IMG/VR virus record: IMGVR_UViG_3300009619_000001
Coordinates: 673 to 64,672 of that record
From: a virus
Lineage: Duplodnaviria > Caudoviricetes
Reading direction: 5' to 3' (one strand)
DNA: 64,000 nt
This document shows, piece after piece, positions 44,001 to 54,800 of the stretch; the stretch's first letter is position 1; the number at the start of each line of letters is the position of its first letter. The translations under genes and the position numbers were made by a program. A model generated the notes under the pieces. That model did no database searches, was not told the DNA's origin, and saw nothing but the letters and a program-made list of their open reading frames with translations.

Positions 44001-46467
44001 CTGTTTCAAGTAAATCAAAGAGGCTTGCAGTATCAGTACTACTATAACTGTAGTGACCATGTATACTATACAAGTCTCCTCCAGTATCTCCCCAATAATC
44101 CTCTTCTTTTACTTTAAATGTATGTTCAAAAAAAGTTTTTTTGTAACCACCGTTTCCATCACTTTTTTTGTAGTCAATTACAACCATGTAAAGTTTAAGT
44201 CGGCTACTAGGCTCAATACTATTAATATCAAAAGAGTTTCTTGTTTCTGGAGTCCATATACTAAGGCCTTCTTTGCAGTTGTATGGATGAGCCTCTTTAT
44301 TTGGATTAAGCTCCCAAGAATTATAATCGCTTATATAATTCCCATTATTGTCATAAACTTTATATGGATAAATTGCGAGATATGGAGTTAATTCAGGTGT
44401 AGTATTTTGAGTAAGAGAATTAAAATTACTTTCAGTTATAAAAGTAGGAGGAGTAAAATCAAGCGAAAAAGAAATACTAAGACGCTTTATCTCTGAAACT
44501 ACATCTCCATCATCATTATAATCATAAACAGATCTAGAGCCCATACTAGCCCAAAAAGTGTGATAATAACCTGGATCAACATCTCCATAAGGAGTTTCAA
44601 CAATGTAATTTTCTACATTATTAAAATAAAAATAACCGTCTCTATGTTCGTCTATATCTTGTTTTAAATTTTCAATATAATCTTCACCTGCTTCTCTAAA
44701 TGTATCTAACTCTAATAAAATTGTTTCTACTCCAGAACCTCCTGAAATTATTTGTTCTCCACTTACTCTACTACTCAATCTATAAGCGTCATACTGAGGA
44801 ACTACATTAAACTTAACTCTATGTATTGAATGGTCATAGTCATACTCTGGCTCAATAGGCTCTAGGCCTGCATAAAAAGATTCATAATCTCTATTTAAAT
44901 TACCAGCAGTATAACCCCCTGTAGGAATATTTTGAATGCCACTTGTATAAAGACCATATTCATTACCATAAAGCATAGCTACGTCAAAACTAAAATAGGA
45001 GTAGTTATATTGAATATAATTATTATAATACCATTGACTTGTAGCTGATACTGTTCCGTCAGATTGGTGAGGTAATCTATTTATTATAAAAAATCCATTA
45101 TTATTAAAATACTCAAAATCACCTGAAGCTATACTTCTATATGGAAATGTGTTTGTATAGTAATTAGCAGGTATTGAAACATGCAGGTCATAATGAGAAC
45201 ACACTAAAGCTTTTTGCTTGTCTTCTGTATTTCTTGGGGCATCATCCAAGTAAGCAATAAATCCGCCTAAATCATCACTAAATCCCCCAATTTCTGCGTT
45301 ACTTTCCGAATAATCTAACCAATATGGCCCTCTATAGTATCCAGTATTTACTTCATAATTACTATCAGGCTCATTTTGAGAAATTCTAATATTTTGATTT
45401 TTCAATTTATTAAAACCATCCCACCCTAAAGGGTACCAACCAATAGTAAATTTAGCCTCTGCAAGACCAAATCTTTGAGTTTTTTCGTTGTGATAATAAT
45501 AAACAGATCCTCTACCCTTATAAACTACATCGTCTTCATTATTAAACTTTTCAGCTCTTTGAATAGAATGATACCAACTCCCCCAGAAAAGAGCTACACC
45601 ATAAACAGTCCTTATATAATCATTTAAGTTTCCTCCTGACCTTCTTTCTGTACTAAACATTTTAAAGTTATTTAATACAATTGGATCTGTAATTTTTAAG
45701 TAAGAATCTAAATCTTCTCCAGTTAAGTTTTCGCTTTCCCAAGTTTTATCATTATCATCAGGATGAACATGAAAAACCCCATTTTCATAATCATACTCGT
45801 TTCCACTATCTCTTATAGCAGAACTAAAAGATGAATAAGGATGTTGACTTAAAAATCCTAAAGTACCATTTTTGTTGTAGTTTTTAGAAAAATAATGTTC
45901 TTCTCTTTTGTGATATATTGAATCCCAATCTCTAGCTACTTCAGCCCAGCCTGCCTGGTCATTTACTTCGTAAACTACACCACCAAGCAATGGGCTTCTA
46001 TATCCTACATATAAATCTAATTCTTCGTAAGAATAATCATTACACCTTAAATATTGAGAGGAAAGAGTGTCGTATAGATCAAGAGCTTCTTGATTGTTGT
46101 AAAAACTTAATTCGTGAAAAACTTCCTCCCACTCTTCTTGAGTTGGTATAAACCAATTATCCGCACCATCACAAGAAACATTTTCTAAGTTGTAATAGCT
46201 AGTAGTACGAGGGTGATTGCTTGATTCAAAATCCCAATCTATATTCTTGTATACAGTACCATAAAAATCTGCTTGACTTCTTCTTGGAGGCCTAACTGTT
46301 TGCCATTCAACACCGTTAGGGTCAAAGTCAACATTAACTATTGATGTTGGGGAAACATCCCATTCAGGGTGTCTATCTGCGTAACCTATATCTACAACAT
46401 AAACAAGCTTTCTAACAGCGTCAATGTGGTATATGTATCCACCATTAAATATTTCTCCTACTTTCAT
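41059..46467 (-). CDS. Large mosaic receptor-binding/fibre protein with DUF1566/C-type-lectin-like repeats
   Basis: 1802 aa; repeated GG.iy...D starts, WFIPTQEEW and WFIPSWNEM, YVRPVR; two copies of the AYLPEW.F.G.G domain. Confidence 0.65.
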   Translation of the reverse strand: MKVGEIFNGGYIYHIDAVRKLVYVVDIGYADRHPEWDVSPTSIVNVDFDPNGVEWQTVRPPRRSQADFYGTVYKNIDWDFESSNHPRTTSYYNLENVSCDGADNWFIPTQEEWEEVFHELSFYNNQEALDLYDTLSSQYLRCNDYSYEELDLYVGYRSPLLGGVVYEVNDQAGWAEVARDWDSIYHKREEHYFSKNYNKNGTLGFLSQHPYSSFSSAIRDSGNEYDYENGVFHVHPDDNDKTWESENLTGEDLDSYLKITDPIVLNNFKMFSTERRSGGNLNDYIRTVYGVALFWGSWYHSIQRAEKFNNEDDVVYKGRGSVYYYHNEKTQRFGLAEAKFTIGWYPLGWDGFNKLKNQNIRISQNEPDSNYEVNTGYYRGPYWLDYSESNAEIGGFSDDLGGFIAYLDDAPRNTEDKQKALVCSHYDLHVSIPANYYTNTFPYRSIASGDFEYFNNNGFFIINRLPHQSDGTVSATSQWYYNNYIQYNYSYFSFDVAMLYGNEYGLYTSGIQNIPTGGYTAGNLNRDYESFYAGLEPIEPEYDYDHSIHRVKFNVVPQYDAYRLSSRVSGEQIISGGSGVETILLELDTFREAGEDYIENLKQDIDEHRDGYFYFNNVENYIVETPYGDVDPGYYHTFWASMGSRSVYDYNDDGDVVSEIKRLSISFSLDFTPPTFITESNFNSLTQNTTPELTPYLAIYPYKVYDNNGNYISDYNSWELNPNKEAHPYNCKEGLSIWTPETRNSFDINSIEPSSRLKLYMVVIDYKKSDGNGGYKKTFFEHTFKVKEEDYWGDTGGDLYSIHGHYSYSSTDTASLFDLLETDGFDRNAYSFTVELENDLDPVWLKAGDRISNAQGTISNVSGIETQWDVDYVIYRISKVDGGLDEAVNSYNLIWDETDEIKRNKDLDFLSKYEGSNSSLIFSGYDNTLGLAEVYNNPHYAAQAALNYSSDGKDDWFIPSWNEMVAVKKAVGIQEYENNEGELNEYYTIINPGKKKESKKDNSYAFVTMEYEGLSEKYQDQNYYRSIPIKEGYTMRLELWHERAEYTNVFTQFWGWLSSGATGSEQRECENRFYYLDRTYTATQDYDDIIDFWNGDGLGNTINTGTHPDSPNPIGNSYSSTLLNNRSDVNHFKNGAQHATNRYAWYKDEDTNEIRFIITSTNSCGGTGLMGGGDAILECRITIQAIDRYYNPGNFQRSNYYTSTFYDTYHPITNPSGKRQPLLFHMERDYDYLSETFGSGSFWPYSVPVAENNTKAYVRPVRYPTEYDLRNFTNYYGCKLYDGQGSAIGTLSTNPNKIYDVALRRRVDKKFVNYDKILFKSYKRENSSGNEEVVWNDVYESLNEDRKPFLIKAFSLDSEVAIADVEGDEVPWTYIIPTVEGLDPYREYTVTIPSLIDEVPSGTGDVIPVVERFVRFRNGWNMKGFPLDFSEVLSIKITDTSGGWHYLEDVEENKVTVTDFGETYTTFNTRYLLEKLFDNDQLIIVKNNQGEAYLPEWDFDGIGPISPHEGLHVKMQNVEPIGQPSINLISHNGTNSTASELQVEVEGLIYTYNWSPDEKKIKELELLHGEGNISVNSDGRVIVSDDSLQMSQYSETREFIEGKSGHYYPLSTREYLFSRPHERYQYVNGRFVYKLVGHPYSWREYNINNEHQISNYRIDEFLEGGEFSWSSNYFPYKYDSQAVANFPIYLPDPNWRSGGSEIVFVSKPHGDVVETGKGDIFSERFVLKLTSGWNLINWPIESSRDAVLVFEDLVSDLIILKDYHGQAYLPEWGFNGVGDLEPGQSYQVKMKNTHSTYELIIS

Positions 46468-46475
46468 AATTTAAA

Positions 46476-47090
46476 TTATTGTATAGCAATTAAACTTCCA
46501 AATGGAATACCGCTAACAGTCATTATTTCAGAAGGAAATTCTTTACTATCAATTTCTTTTGTTTTATATAAAAGATTTCCTTTTAATGAAAAGCTTATTC
46601 TGTAAATTTTATCATCACCCAATTCTTTCCATAAAACTACTAATTCAGCCCTATAAAACTCTACTTTTCTTTCATAGGGTGTAAATTGTATTTTAAAATC
46701 TACAGTTGCATTTGGGTACAAAGTAAAAGATTGGTGAATTCTAAAATTGTATTTATTTTTAGCTAAACCAAAATTTTCATAAGTTTCATTGCCTGGCTTA
46801 TATTTGTAATAAGGAGGGTAAGGAATATTAAATTCATCAGAAGCATTTGGCGTTTCGTCTTTTATTTCATTATTTGGATAAACAAATTGTGAAGTAGGTA
46901 TTGTAAATGCAAAGTTAGTTATATTACTATGCTCTTGATAGTTGCTAATAATATTTCTAACATATACATTTACAATTCTTACATTAGTAGTTCCAATATT
47001 TTTTATCCCAGCTAAATAGGAGTTTCCAAAATTAGAATATCCAGCTGCTCCCCAAAAATTACCATATATAATTTCAGGTAAAAAAGACAT
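46476..47090 (-). CDS. Ig-like (ASH/choice-of-anchor D-like) fibre-module protein
   Basis: IKNIGTTNVRIVNV...TLYPNATVDFKIQFTP...YRAELVV pattern. Confidence 0.5.
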   Translation of the reverse strand: MSFLPEIIYGNFWGAAGYSNFGNSYLAGIKNIGTTNVRIVNVYVRNIISNYQEHSNITNFAFTIPTSQFVYPNNEIKDETPNASDEFNIPYPPYYKYKPGNETYENFGLAKNKYNFRIHQSFTLYPNATVDFKIQFTPYERKVEFYRAELVVLWKELGDDKIYRISFSLKGNLLYKTKEIDSKEFPSEIMTVSGIPFGSLIAIQ

Positions 47091-50000
47091 TAATCAATAG
47101 ATAAGTTTGGCATTTCTATAACTTTATCATTTAAATCAGGATATAAAACATCTCCTTCAGTATCAGTAATAGCTATTTCTGCTACAGCTTCTACGTTAAC
47201 TGCAATTAAAAATTTTGAAACTTGAAGCCTAGAATGATGATGCACATTAGTGCTACTAACAGCAGTATTAACTAGCCCTGTATTGTCAGTAAAATAGAAT
47301 GTATTATAATAATCTGCAACCCAGTAAGATACTGCTAATTGTACATAGTAAGTACCTTCATCATCTGCAGCAACATTAGTTGGTGTTAAATCAAAGGTAA
47401 TATCAATATAATTATCATCAATTCCAGTAATAACAAGCTTTTCATCTGCGGCAGTATCGTTAGTAGATGAAAAATTATCTCCGTTATTTAAAGTTTCAAC
47501 AACCCATTTTTTATTAACGTCTAATCCATTAGCCCTATTGTAATTATAAACATCTACTTTGTCTTGATCTTGATAATGTTGTTGTAGTTGTTTAGTTGTA
47601 GAAACATCATCTGGTATATGCCCTACAGGAACAGAGCTACCATATCCACCCATATTATTATCTTCAACCCACTTAGTACCACCATTTTTATAGCCTTTAT
47701 TGAATCCCCATGAGGGTGTTGCAGAATTTGAGGTAGGTTTGTAGGTTTTATTTGTATCGGGCATTAACGCATCTAATGTTCCCTGATATGAATCAGGACT
47801 ATTCTGAGAAGCAACCCCTTCTAATTTAAATTCTTTTTCTAATAAGTTTACACTTTGTATGTAAATCGGATAATCTCCAGTATTATGAAAGTACAACCTA
47901 CCAACAGATCTCCACTTCCCAGTATTAGGGTTATAAGATGCTGAAGGTAGACTAAAGTACCTTGCATCAATTCCTTTAACTGTTTTGTCTGTATTTAAAT
48001 AATACTGATTGTAAATTACATCACTACCGTTATTGTACCTAACAAAATTATTTTTTGGATAATTAGAGTAATATCCACTTTTAGTGGCAGGTATCGAACC
48101 AGTAGCGCCAACACTAAAGTCACCGTTAGTAGGATCCCACCTAGAAGTGTCATAATTCCAGCATTTAGGCTTTAATATTTCAGTAAGACCAGCTCCATAC
48201 CAACTACCCTCAGTTGAAAAAGGTCTTGTATTTGAAGATAAATCTTGTTGATTAGTTGAGCTTAGTGGAGTTGTACTATTGTAATGATACCAATCAGAAA
48301 CTACTATCTCACTACATTGCATACTGTAACCTTTTGTAATTTGATCAGTAGTACCATCTGCAAAAAAATGAGATTTGTAATCTTGTGATACTCCATTTGA
48401 ATTTTTTAAATCTTGGCCAGTAACAATATTTAAAACAGAAGGCTTTGCTTGATAACCTATTTTAAATTTAGGAGCATAAGTTTGACTTGTATACTTTAAA
48501 TGCTGCCACACAGAAGTGTCTGAAATAACTGCGTGATATGTAGAACTATAAATACCAAAATCACCACCCCAATTATTTACTTTAGTAAGATCTCCAGAAG
48601 AATACATAGTACTTAAAGAGTTGCTTGGAGATACCAACCATTTTAATCCTAAATCTCTAATAACTTCTTGGCCACTACCAATAGCATAACCATTAAATCT
48701 GCTACTAGTAGTAGTTGAATCTATTGCATCAGTTGATGAAAAACCAGATCCATCAAGTCTTACGCTTGAAATATTATCTTCTGTAGAAAATTTAGGAAGG
48801 TGTGTCGCTCCATCATCACTTGCAATTTGAAAAGAATTTTGTATGTTAAATTCAGGTATCTCTAATTGAATGCTTGCACCATCACGCCCAGTAATTTGAC
48901 CAGAAGAGTCTGTTCTATCAAATAAATATTGGCTAGCATATTGATTAAATTGCAAAGAAAAACCTATAGGAATACCTGCAGAACTTCTTAAAGCAAAACT
49001 TGTTGCTCCATTATCGTAACCTCTAAGAGCTGTTCCGTAATATTTATAATAAGTAGAATTATATCCAGCTAAATAATTACTGTACGAATCTTCATCGCCA
49101 CTTAAATGTTTGCTATAAAAATAATCTCCAAAAGGTTGTTCATTGTAAGTTAAAATATCATAAAAACCACCAAAAGCAGAAAAAATAAAGTTTTTGTCAT
49201 CTTCTGTTTGTTCTGTATTATGCCCATTTATAACGTGTGCAATTTTATAAATTACCCCAACAGTATGTTCATTTTTTGGATAAGTTTTATTATAAAATTT
49301 ATCGTTTGGATATTTAAGGGCTGGAGTAGCATTTTGCGTGAACGTACTACCTGTTTGATATTCAAAGCTTTTAAAGAAAAAAGCATTATCTTCTAATACA
49401 GGGTTTCGATTAGCGTCATTACTTAAATCTGTTTCATTAATGTAATATGAGTTTCCAGGAGAAACAAATGAATTAGGAAAAGACTCTAAATAGTTTTCTG
49501 AATTAACACCTGCATTTTCATTAGTATCCCCTGAAAACACTCTAGCGTATTCAACTATTTCAAATCCATCTAAAGGAATATATTGACAAAGCCCATTTAC
49601 GCTACTATGATCTCCAAATTTAAATACAAGATTTCTATTTGTAGGCAAGTATCCAACTGGATATAATCCAAGATTTAACAGGTATCCATCATCTAATATT
49701 TCTTGACCCTCACCAGTTTCATCAGCAATATTATTAGACAAATTCGAATTTGCAGAATTAGAGCTTGAAATAAATGAAGCTGTAACATCTTCTCCTTGAA
49801 AATTATCTCCAGTATTTATAGTCTGTAAAGTACCAGGGTCACCATAAAATCTTATATTATTTACAGCCTTACCTAAAAACTTTATCTTAACTAAATCATC
49901 ATTATTTTTAATAGTTAGAGTAGGAACTTCACCCTCTGTTTCGTCATCAAATGTTGATGCACTTTCTGGTTCACACCTAACAATAAAAGAAGCATAAGAA

Positions 50001-50536
50001 CCTCCAGGTATAGCGTTATTTTTTATAAAATCTGTTGTGTAAACTGGCATTAAGTGATCGCATCCTGATTGATTAAATTCTCCACCATCATCATTATCAT
50101 CTGGATCTATATTACTACTATCCTCAATTGAACTTCCGTAACCTACAAAAGCTTCAGCTCCTGTACAAGAACCAGTTGTTGCGTGCGTAGTATTAGCAAT
50201 GCCATACCCTGTATTAGTGGCATCAGAAGCAAGATCAGCTTCTGTTTTTAATTTATTATCACTAATAAGGCCTAACAAAAGATTTCCAGAATTATCCATA
50301 GGATCTATACTAAATCCTTCACTTGTAAATTTATCATTACCAATAATATCTTCTATAATAAGGTTTGAATTATTTTCTATACTTTTGTTTTTAACAACAA
50401 AAAGAAAAAAAGCAACTTGCTTAAAATTAGGTTTTGTAAACCTATAAACATCAAATAGCGTGTCTTTAAAGTCTCCTAGATTTAACTTCTCATTAGCAGA
50501 TGGATTATCGCTTATTTTAGGGTAAATTGTAGCCAT
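47090..50536 (-). CDS. Large fibre/spike protein with Ig-like domains
   Basis: 1148 aa, S/N/G/Y-rich; FIVRCEP...LTIKNND and FHNTGDYPIYIQSV Ig-like segments. Confidence 0.6.
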   Translation of the reverse strand: MATIYPKISDNPSANEKLNLGDFKDTLFDVYRFTKPNFKQVAFFLFVVKNKSIENNSNLIIEDIIGNDKFTSEGFSIDPMDNSGNLLLGLISDNKLKTEADLASDATNTGYGIANTTHATTGSCTGAEAFVGYGSSIEDSSNIDPDDNDDGGEFNQSGCDHLMPVYTTDFIKNNAIPGGSYASFIVRCEPESASTFDDETEGEVPTLTIKNNDDLVKIKFLGKAVNNIRFYGDPGTLQTINTGDNFQGEDVTASFISSSNSANSNLSNNIADETGEGQEILDDGYLLNLGLYPVGYLPTNRNLVFKFGDHSSVNGLCQYIPLDGFEIVEYARVFSGDTNENAGVNSENYLESFPNSFVSPGNSYYINETDLSNDANRNPVLEDNAFFFKSFEYQTGSTFTQNATPALKYPNDKFYNKTYPKNEHTVGVIYKIAHVINGHNTEQTEDDKNFIFSAFGGFYDILTYNEQPFGDYFYSKHLSGDEDSYSNYLAGYNSTYYKYYGTALRGYDNGATSFALRSSAGIPIGFSLQFNQYASQYLFDRTDSSGQITGRDGASIQLEIPEFNIQNSFQIASDDGATHLPKFSTEDNISSVRLDGSGFSSTDAIDSTTTSSRFNGYAIGSGQEVIRDLGLKWLVSPSNSLSTMYSSGDLTKVNNWGGDFGIYSSTYHAVISDTSVWQHLKYTSQTYAPKFKIGYQAKPSVLNIVTGQDLKNSNGVSQDYKSHFFADGTTDQITKGYSMQCSEIVVSDWYHYNSTTPLSSTNQQDLSSNTRPFSTEGSWYGAGLTEILKPKCWNYDTSRWDPTNGDFSVGATGSIPATKSGYYSNYPKNNFVRYNNGSDVIYNQYYLNTDKTVKGIDARYFSLPSASYNPNTGKWRSVGRLYFHNTGDYPIYIQSVNLLEKEFKLEGVASQNSPDSYQGTLDALMPDTNKTYKPTSNSATPSWGFNKGYKNGGTKWVEDNNMGGYGSSVPVGHIPDDVSTTKQLQQHYQDQDKVDVYNYNRANGLDVNKKWVVETLNNGDNFSSTNDTAADEKLVITGIDDNYIDITFDLTPTNVAADDEGTYYVQLAVSYWVADYYNTFYFTDNTGLVNTAVSSTNVHHHSRLQVSKFLIAVNVEAVAEIAITDTEGDVLYPDLNDKVIEMPNLSID

Positions 50537-50546
50537 TATTTATTTT

Positions 50547-51242
50547 TTAATTTATTTTTATAAATGTTGAATCTGGCTCAAACCAAATTCTTTTTTTGTT
50601 TTCCGTATTAGGTATGCAAGACCCTATTGATCTAACCCATCCTCCAGACTTTATTTCTGACGGAGTTATGTGAAATTTATTATCTCTATCTAAATATAAA
50701 GTTCTTCCTGCAGTCCATTGCTCTATCATTTCATCTTCAAGATCAAAATAACCTCTACTTATTAATACCAAGTTGTTTTGAACGTGCTCTTGAAATATAT
50801 ATAAAGAATTAAAAGCTCCTTTAAATTCATCATTTGTATCTGCTTTTTTACATTTAGCTTTCCACTCATTTGCAGAACTAGAAAGGTCTTCTTCTAAATA
50901 AACAACGTCACCTGGTTGAAAGTTTATTCCTGAATCTACAAAATTTGGATACAAATATTTAAAAGCATCTAATTCATCATAAGTTTTATTGTTTAATATA
51001 GTTCCTAAAGTTATATTTAATGATGAACCTATGTTTATTACTTCAGCACTTGGAGTTGTATCAGATGTTAAGCTGTAATTTACAATGCTAGAATTTGGTA
51101 TTATTGGGGCTTCAGTAGATGGTTTTGCAACTACAAATTCTTGAGACTTTGGTTCAGTATAAAAAGCAAGCCCATCAGGGTAGCCTTTTATTTCTAAAGT
51201 CTTATTTGCAACTTCAGCTTGTATACTTACGTTTAACGCCAT
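50547..51242 (-). CDS. Fibre-module structural protein
   Basis: FQPGDVVYL...GRTLYLD...WVRSIG...IWFEPD beta-rich C-terminal domain common in virion proteins. Confidence 0.55.
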   Translation of the reverse strand: MALNVSIQAEVANKTLEIKGYPDGLAFYTEPKSQEFVVAKPSTEAPIIPNSSIVNYSLTSDTTPSAEVINIGSSLNITLGTILNNKTYDELDAFKYLYPNFVDSGINFQPGDVVYLEEDLSSSANEWKAKCKKADTNDEFKGAFNSLYIFQEHVQNNLVLISRGYFDLEDEMIEQWTAGRTLYLDRDNKFHITPSEIKSGGWVRSIGSCIPNTENKKRIWFEPDSTFIKIN

Positions 51243-51775
51243 TATACTTGTGTTATATCAGCATTTAAAATAAAATTACCATAAAGCCAAGTAGTGTATT
51301 CTGCACTAGCTTCATCTTCATCAGCTCCACTTACTTGCTTTCTTATTTGAAAATCATACTTGTAAGTTCCAGACTGAAATTTCATGTAAGTATGAGGAAC
51401 AGTAATGTAAGCTTTTTCGTCATTTGCATTTGCAGTTTGTTGACCTTCTAAATATATAGCCATTGTACTATCGTTAGATCCTGTATAGTGACCTTCTGTA
51501 CTACTATTAGGTACCTGATCTTCAGGGTGATCAGTACTAGTTCCTGAAGGCGCTAAATCTCTCCAATGATAACTATATAAATTTAAAACCTTTTCTCCTG
51601 AAGAGTTAATTATTGTCATTTTAGCCTGATATTCAGGTTTCCCAGAATCTCTAGTGCCATTCATAACTAGCAAGCCATTAGCATCTTTAACTTCTAATTG
51701 CAATTGAAAAGAGTCATTTCTTCTAGCTGTAATATTTAATTCTTTGGCTATGTCAGCCTTTAAAGTATCTGCCAT
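51242..51775 (-). CDS. Tail fibre adaptor/hub protein, paralog 3
   Basis: DIAKELNITARRNDSF...GTYKYDFQI...TWLYGNFIL. Confidence 0.6.
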   Translation of the reverse strand: MADTLKADIAKELNITARRNDSFQLQLEVKDANGLLVMNGTRDSGKPEYQAKMTIINSSGEKVLNLYSYHWRDLAPSGTSTDHPEDQVPNSSTEGHYTGSNDSTMAIYLEGQQTANANDEKAYITVPHTYMKFQSGTYKYDFQIRKQVSGADEDEASAEYTTWLYGNFILNADITQV

Positions 51776-51791
51776 CTTATTTTAATTTATA

Positions 51792-51799
51792 CAAATATA
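51792..51799 (-). promoter_or_regulatory. Bacteroidota -7 promoter element TATATTTG for the fibre operon
   Basis: In the 34-nt gap between the RNAP gene and adaptor 3, 16 nt before the ATG. Confidence 0.7.
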
Positions 51800-51809
51800 C
51801 GTTAATTAT

Positions 51810-54800
51810 TTAATTATCTGTTCTATCTAAGACTTGAGCTGCAGTCCAACTAATACCAGTCAATCCACCTCTAAATTTTTGACGATCCATTGTCGCCATT
51901 CCTACAGCCATTGTTGCTCCAGACTCTACAATACCCCAAGACGCAGGTTCTGCTGCGTACTTAATTCTTCTAGGGTCTGTCATAAACATTATGTCATCTC
52001 TAGTGTCTGACGCTAATTTAGCTAAAGATCTTAACTCATCATCGTCAGAATCTCCAAACATCATAGATAAAGCAGTTAATGCAGAGACTACTTGCATACC
52101 TCTAAAGAAAGTTTTAACAGCTTCTTTTTTATGTTCAGGTAATGCTTTAAATCTTTTTCTAAAATCAGCAACTGACTCTTCTCCAGCCATTAATTGTCTT
52201 GCAAAGTCAGCCCCAAGAGAAAACGCTTCTCTGTTACTACCAGATCGCATTTCTCCAAACCTATCTATAGTTTCTTTGCTAAACCTTTCAGCAATAGATG
52301 TTGGCATCCATTTCTTAAACTGCATTAATGCTTTACCCCAAGAGTAAGTTGCAATACCAATTTGATCTACTTTAGAGTAACCATAACCCTGTTGTCTTGT
52401 TACATTGTCTACATACAAGTCTGCTTTGTCTTGCAAATCTTCAGGAATAATTCCGTCTTCACCTATTCTACTCCATTCTTCTTCAGTAAACTGAGATACA
52501 AATCCAGAACCTTGTATGTAGTGCTCACTACCAATATAAGGTGACATCATTATTGTATCAATTCCGCTACTGTCGTTACCTTTAATTAAATCGTAAGCAA
52601 ACCTTTCAGGGTTAAGATTATTCTTAATTATAGCCCAAGCCTTTTTGCGTTGGCCCCAGTATCTAGCCTCTCCTCTAGCAAAATTCTTTCCACCTTTAGA
52701 TCTAAACTCATTGTACTTACCAATCATTAAGTTTCCAAAACCACCGCTAAAACCAAGAGACAAATATCTTATTCTTGTTAGCTTCACAAGCTGGTGCAAT
52801 GCGTTATCTCCAAGTCTACCTAAACCAAACTGACTATCTTTAAATGTGTAGAATCCTCTCTTCCAAACATTCTCCAAGTATGTAACAGCATTTTTATTGC
52901 CTTTCTTTTTATTGTACTCTATAACTCCATCTAATAAAGGTATCATAGATTTAAATCCTTTAAAGTTTTCGTTACCATAGGTAAACAAAGATGTGTTTAC
53001 ATACTGAGACAAAGCCATTGCAAGGTCGTTGCTACCAAACATAGCTGTAGAAACACCTCTTGACTTAGTAAATCTAGACATAAGATTAGTACCCATAGTT
53101 CCGTGTACTTCTTGTTCTGTCATAGATATAGCCTTGCCATCTTCATGCTTACCAGACTTAGCTAGTTTTTCAGCTCTTTTACGAATAACATCAAGCTTTG
53201 CTGCTGATTTGTATTGCTGAGAGTCAAAGAGTTTTTTAAACCCACCTTTAGCTCCCTTACTAGTGTAATATAAATATTTCCATTGATGGAAGGGTAATAT
53301 CTCTGACTTACCTGTCATTGGATTTACACCTTTTACTCTAACGTGATTTATATCTCCAGTACCTTGTAGCATATAATCATAAAGACCAAACAAACCTCTT
53401 TGCTTAATAGACCCTGCAAGACCCATTTTCATGTGCGGTATATAACCTTCTTTAACTCTTTCTCCCAAAGCTTTACTTGTTATGTCTCCGTATTTAGATG
53501 TTGTAGCTTTAAAGAAATTGTAAAACTCTATTTCTGACTTGTTGGGTTTTGTTTTTAAGAAATCACTCATAGATTTAAGCTTCATTTCAGAAACTTTATT
53601 TCCACCTATATTAGTTTCTACAACGTCATACATGTTTCCATATAGAAGGTCATTCATTTTTTTATTTCCACCACCAGAAAACCAAATAGAAGCTTTTGAT
53701 ATAAGCTCTACAAACTTATTTCCTTCTCCTATATTATCTCGTATTAAATTTTTATTTAAACGATCAAGCTCTTTTTGGAATTTAATATTTTCATCCATAA
53801 ACTTTCCGTACTCTTTTTCCATAGTACGCACAAGCTTTTGAATTTCTGGTCTATGCCCAGCAATATTATTTGACCCAAACCAAGCATGCAACCAAGAGAT
53901 GTCTCCCTTATCAGTCCATTCTATTCCGTTACGAGAAGCTTTCTGACTCTCTGAGGCTCTTCTAGCAATTTCTATTACAGTATCACTATGAGCTTTAGAT
54001 ATTGCACTAGGATCAAGCTTTTGAAATAATAAAGCGTAATCTGTTAGACGATCTTCTGAGAGTGTTTTTAACTTCCCAGTTTGAACGATTGATCTGTCGA
54101 ACTCCTGGGCTAAGTTAAAATTTACCCTATACTGTTTGTATAACTTTTCCAGACTTTCCTTAAGCGTGGGGTTACCCTCTACTTCTTTGTCTGTGTATCC
54201 TTTATCTTCAAGGTATTCTTGAAAAGTAAAAGGGGAGTACTTTTCAGAAAATCTTTGTCCGCTACCAGATTTAGTTGTGTTTAACTTCATCTTAGAACTC
54301 TTACTAATTACAGGGTTTTTCTTTATACCGTCAATTAGTGCAGTCCTAGCTTGAGAAGCTCTTTGAGCTTTTTTAAGATTACTAATTCTAGTTGGAGCAC
54401 CTTTTTGAGATGTACCAATTAATTTATATTTACCATGCTTTTTAGATGTAGACTCCCAGTTCTTTGGATCAAACTTGCTAGCAGGCGCAGGAATCCATTT
54501 ATAAACCATAGAAGTTTCTCCGTCTTGTATTTTAACATAGTGTGGAGAGTTAGTTCTAAGCGCTGATTTTTGTATGTCTGCTGTAACCTTTACAAGCTTA
54601 ACATTTTCAGAGCTTCCATTTATTCTTCTTAAAGATTTATTTCTAGCAACCTTTTTACCGTCTTTAACGTAGAATCTTTCAGCGGTCTGAACTAAGTCAG
54701 AGTTTTCTACGATAATAGTGTCAGCAACTAATTCAGCATCTGCTATTGATCCGTCAATACCTTTAAGTATTTCTTGATGCTTAGAGTCTATTGATTTACT

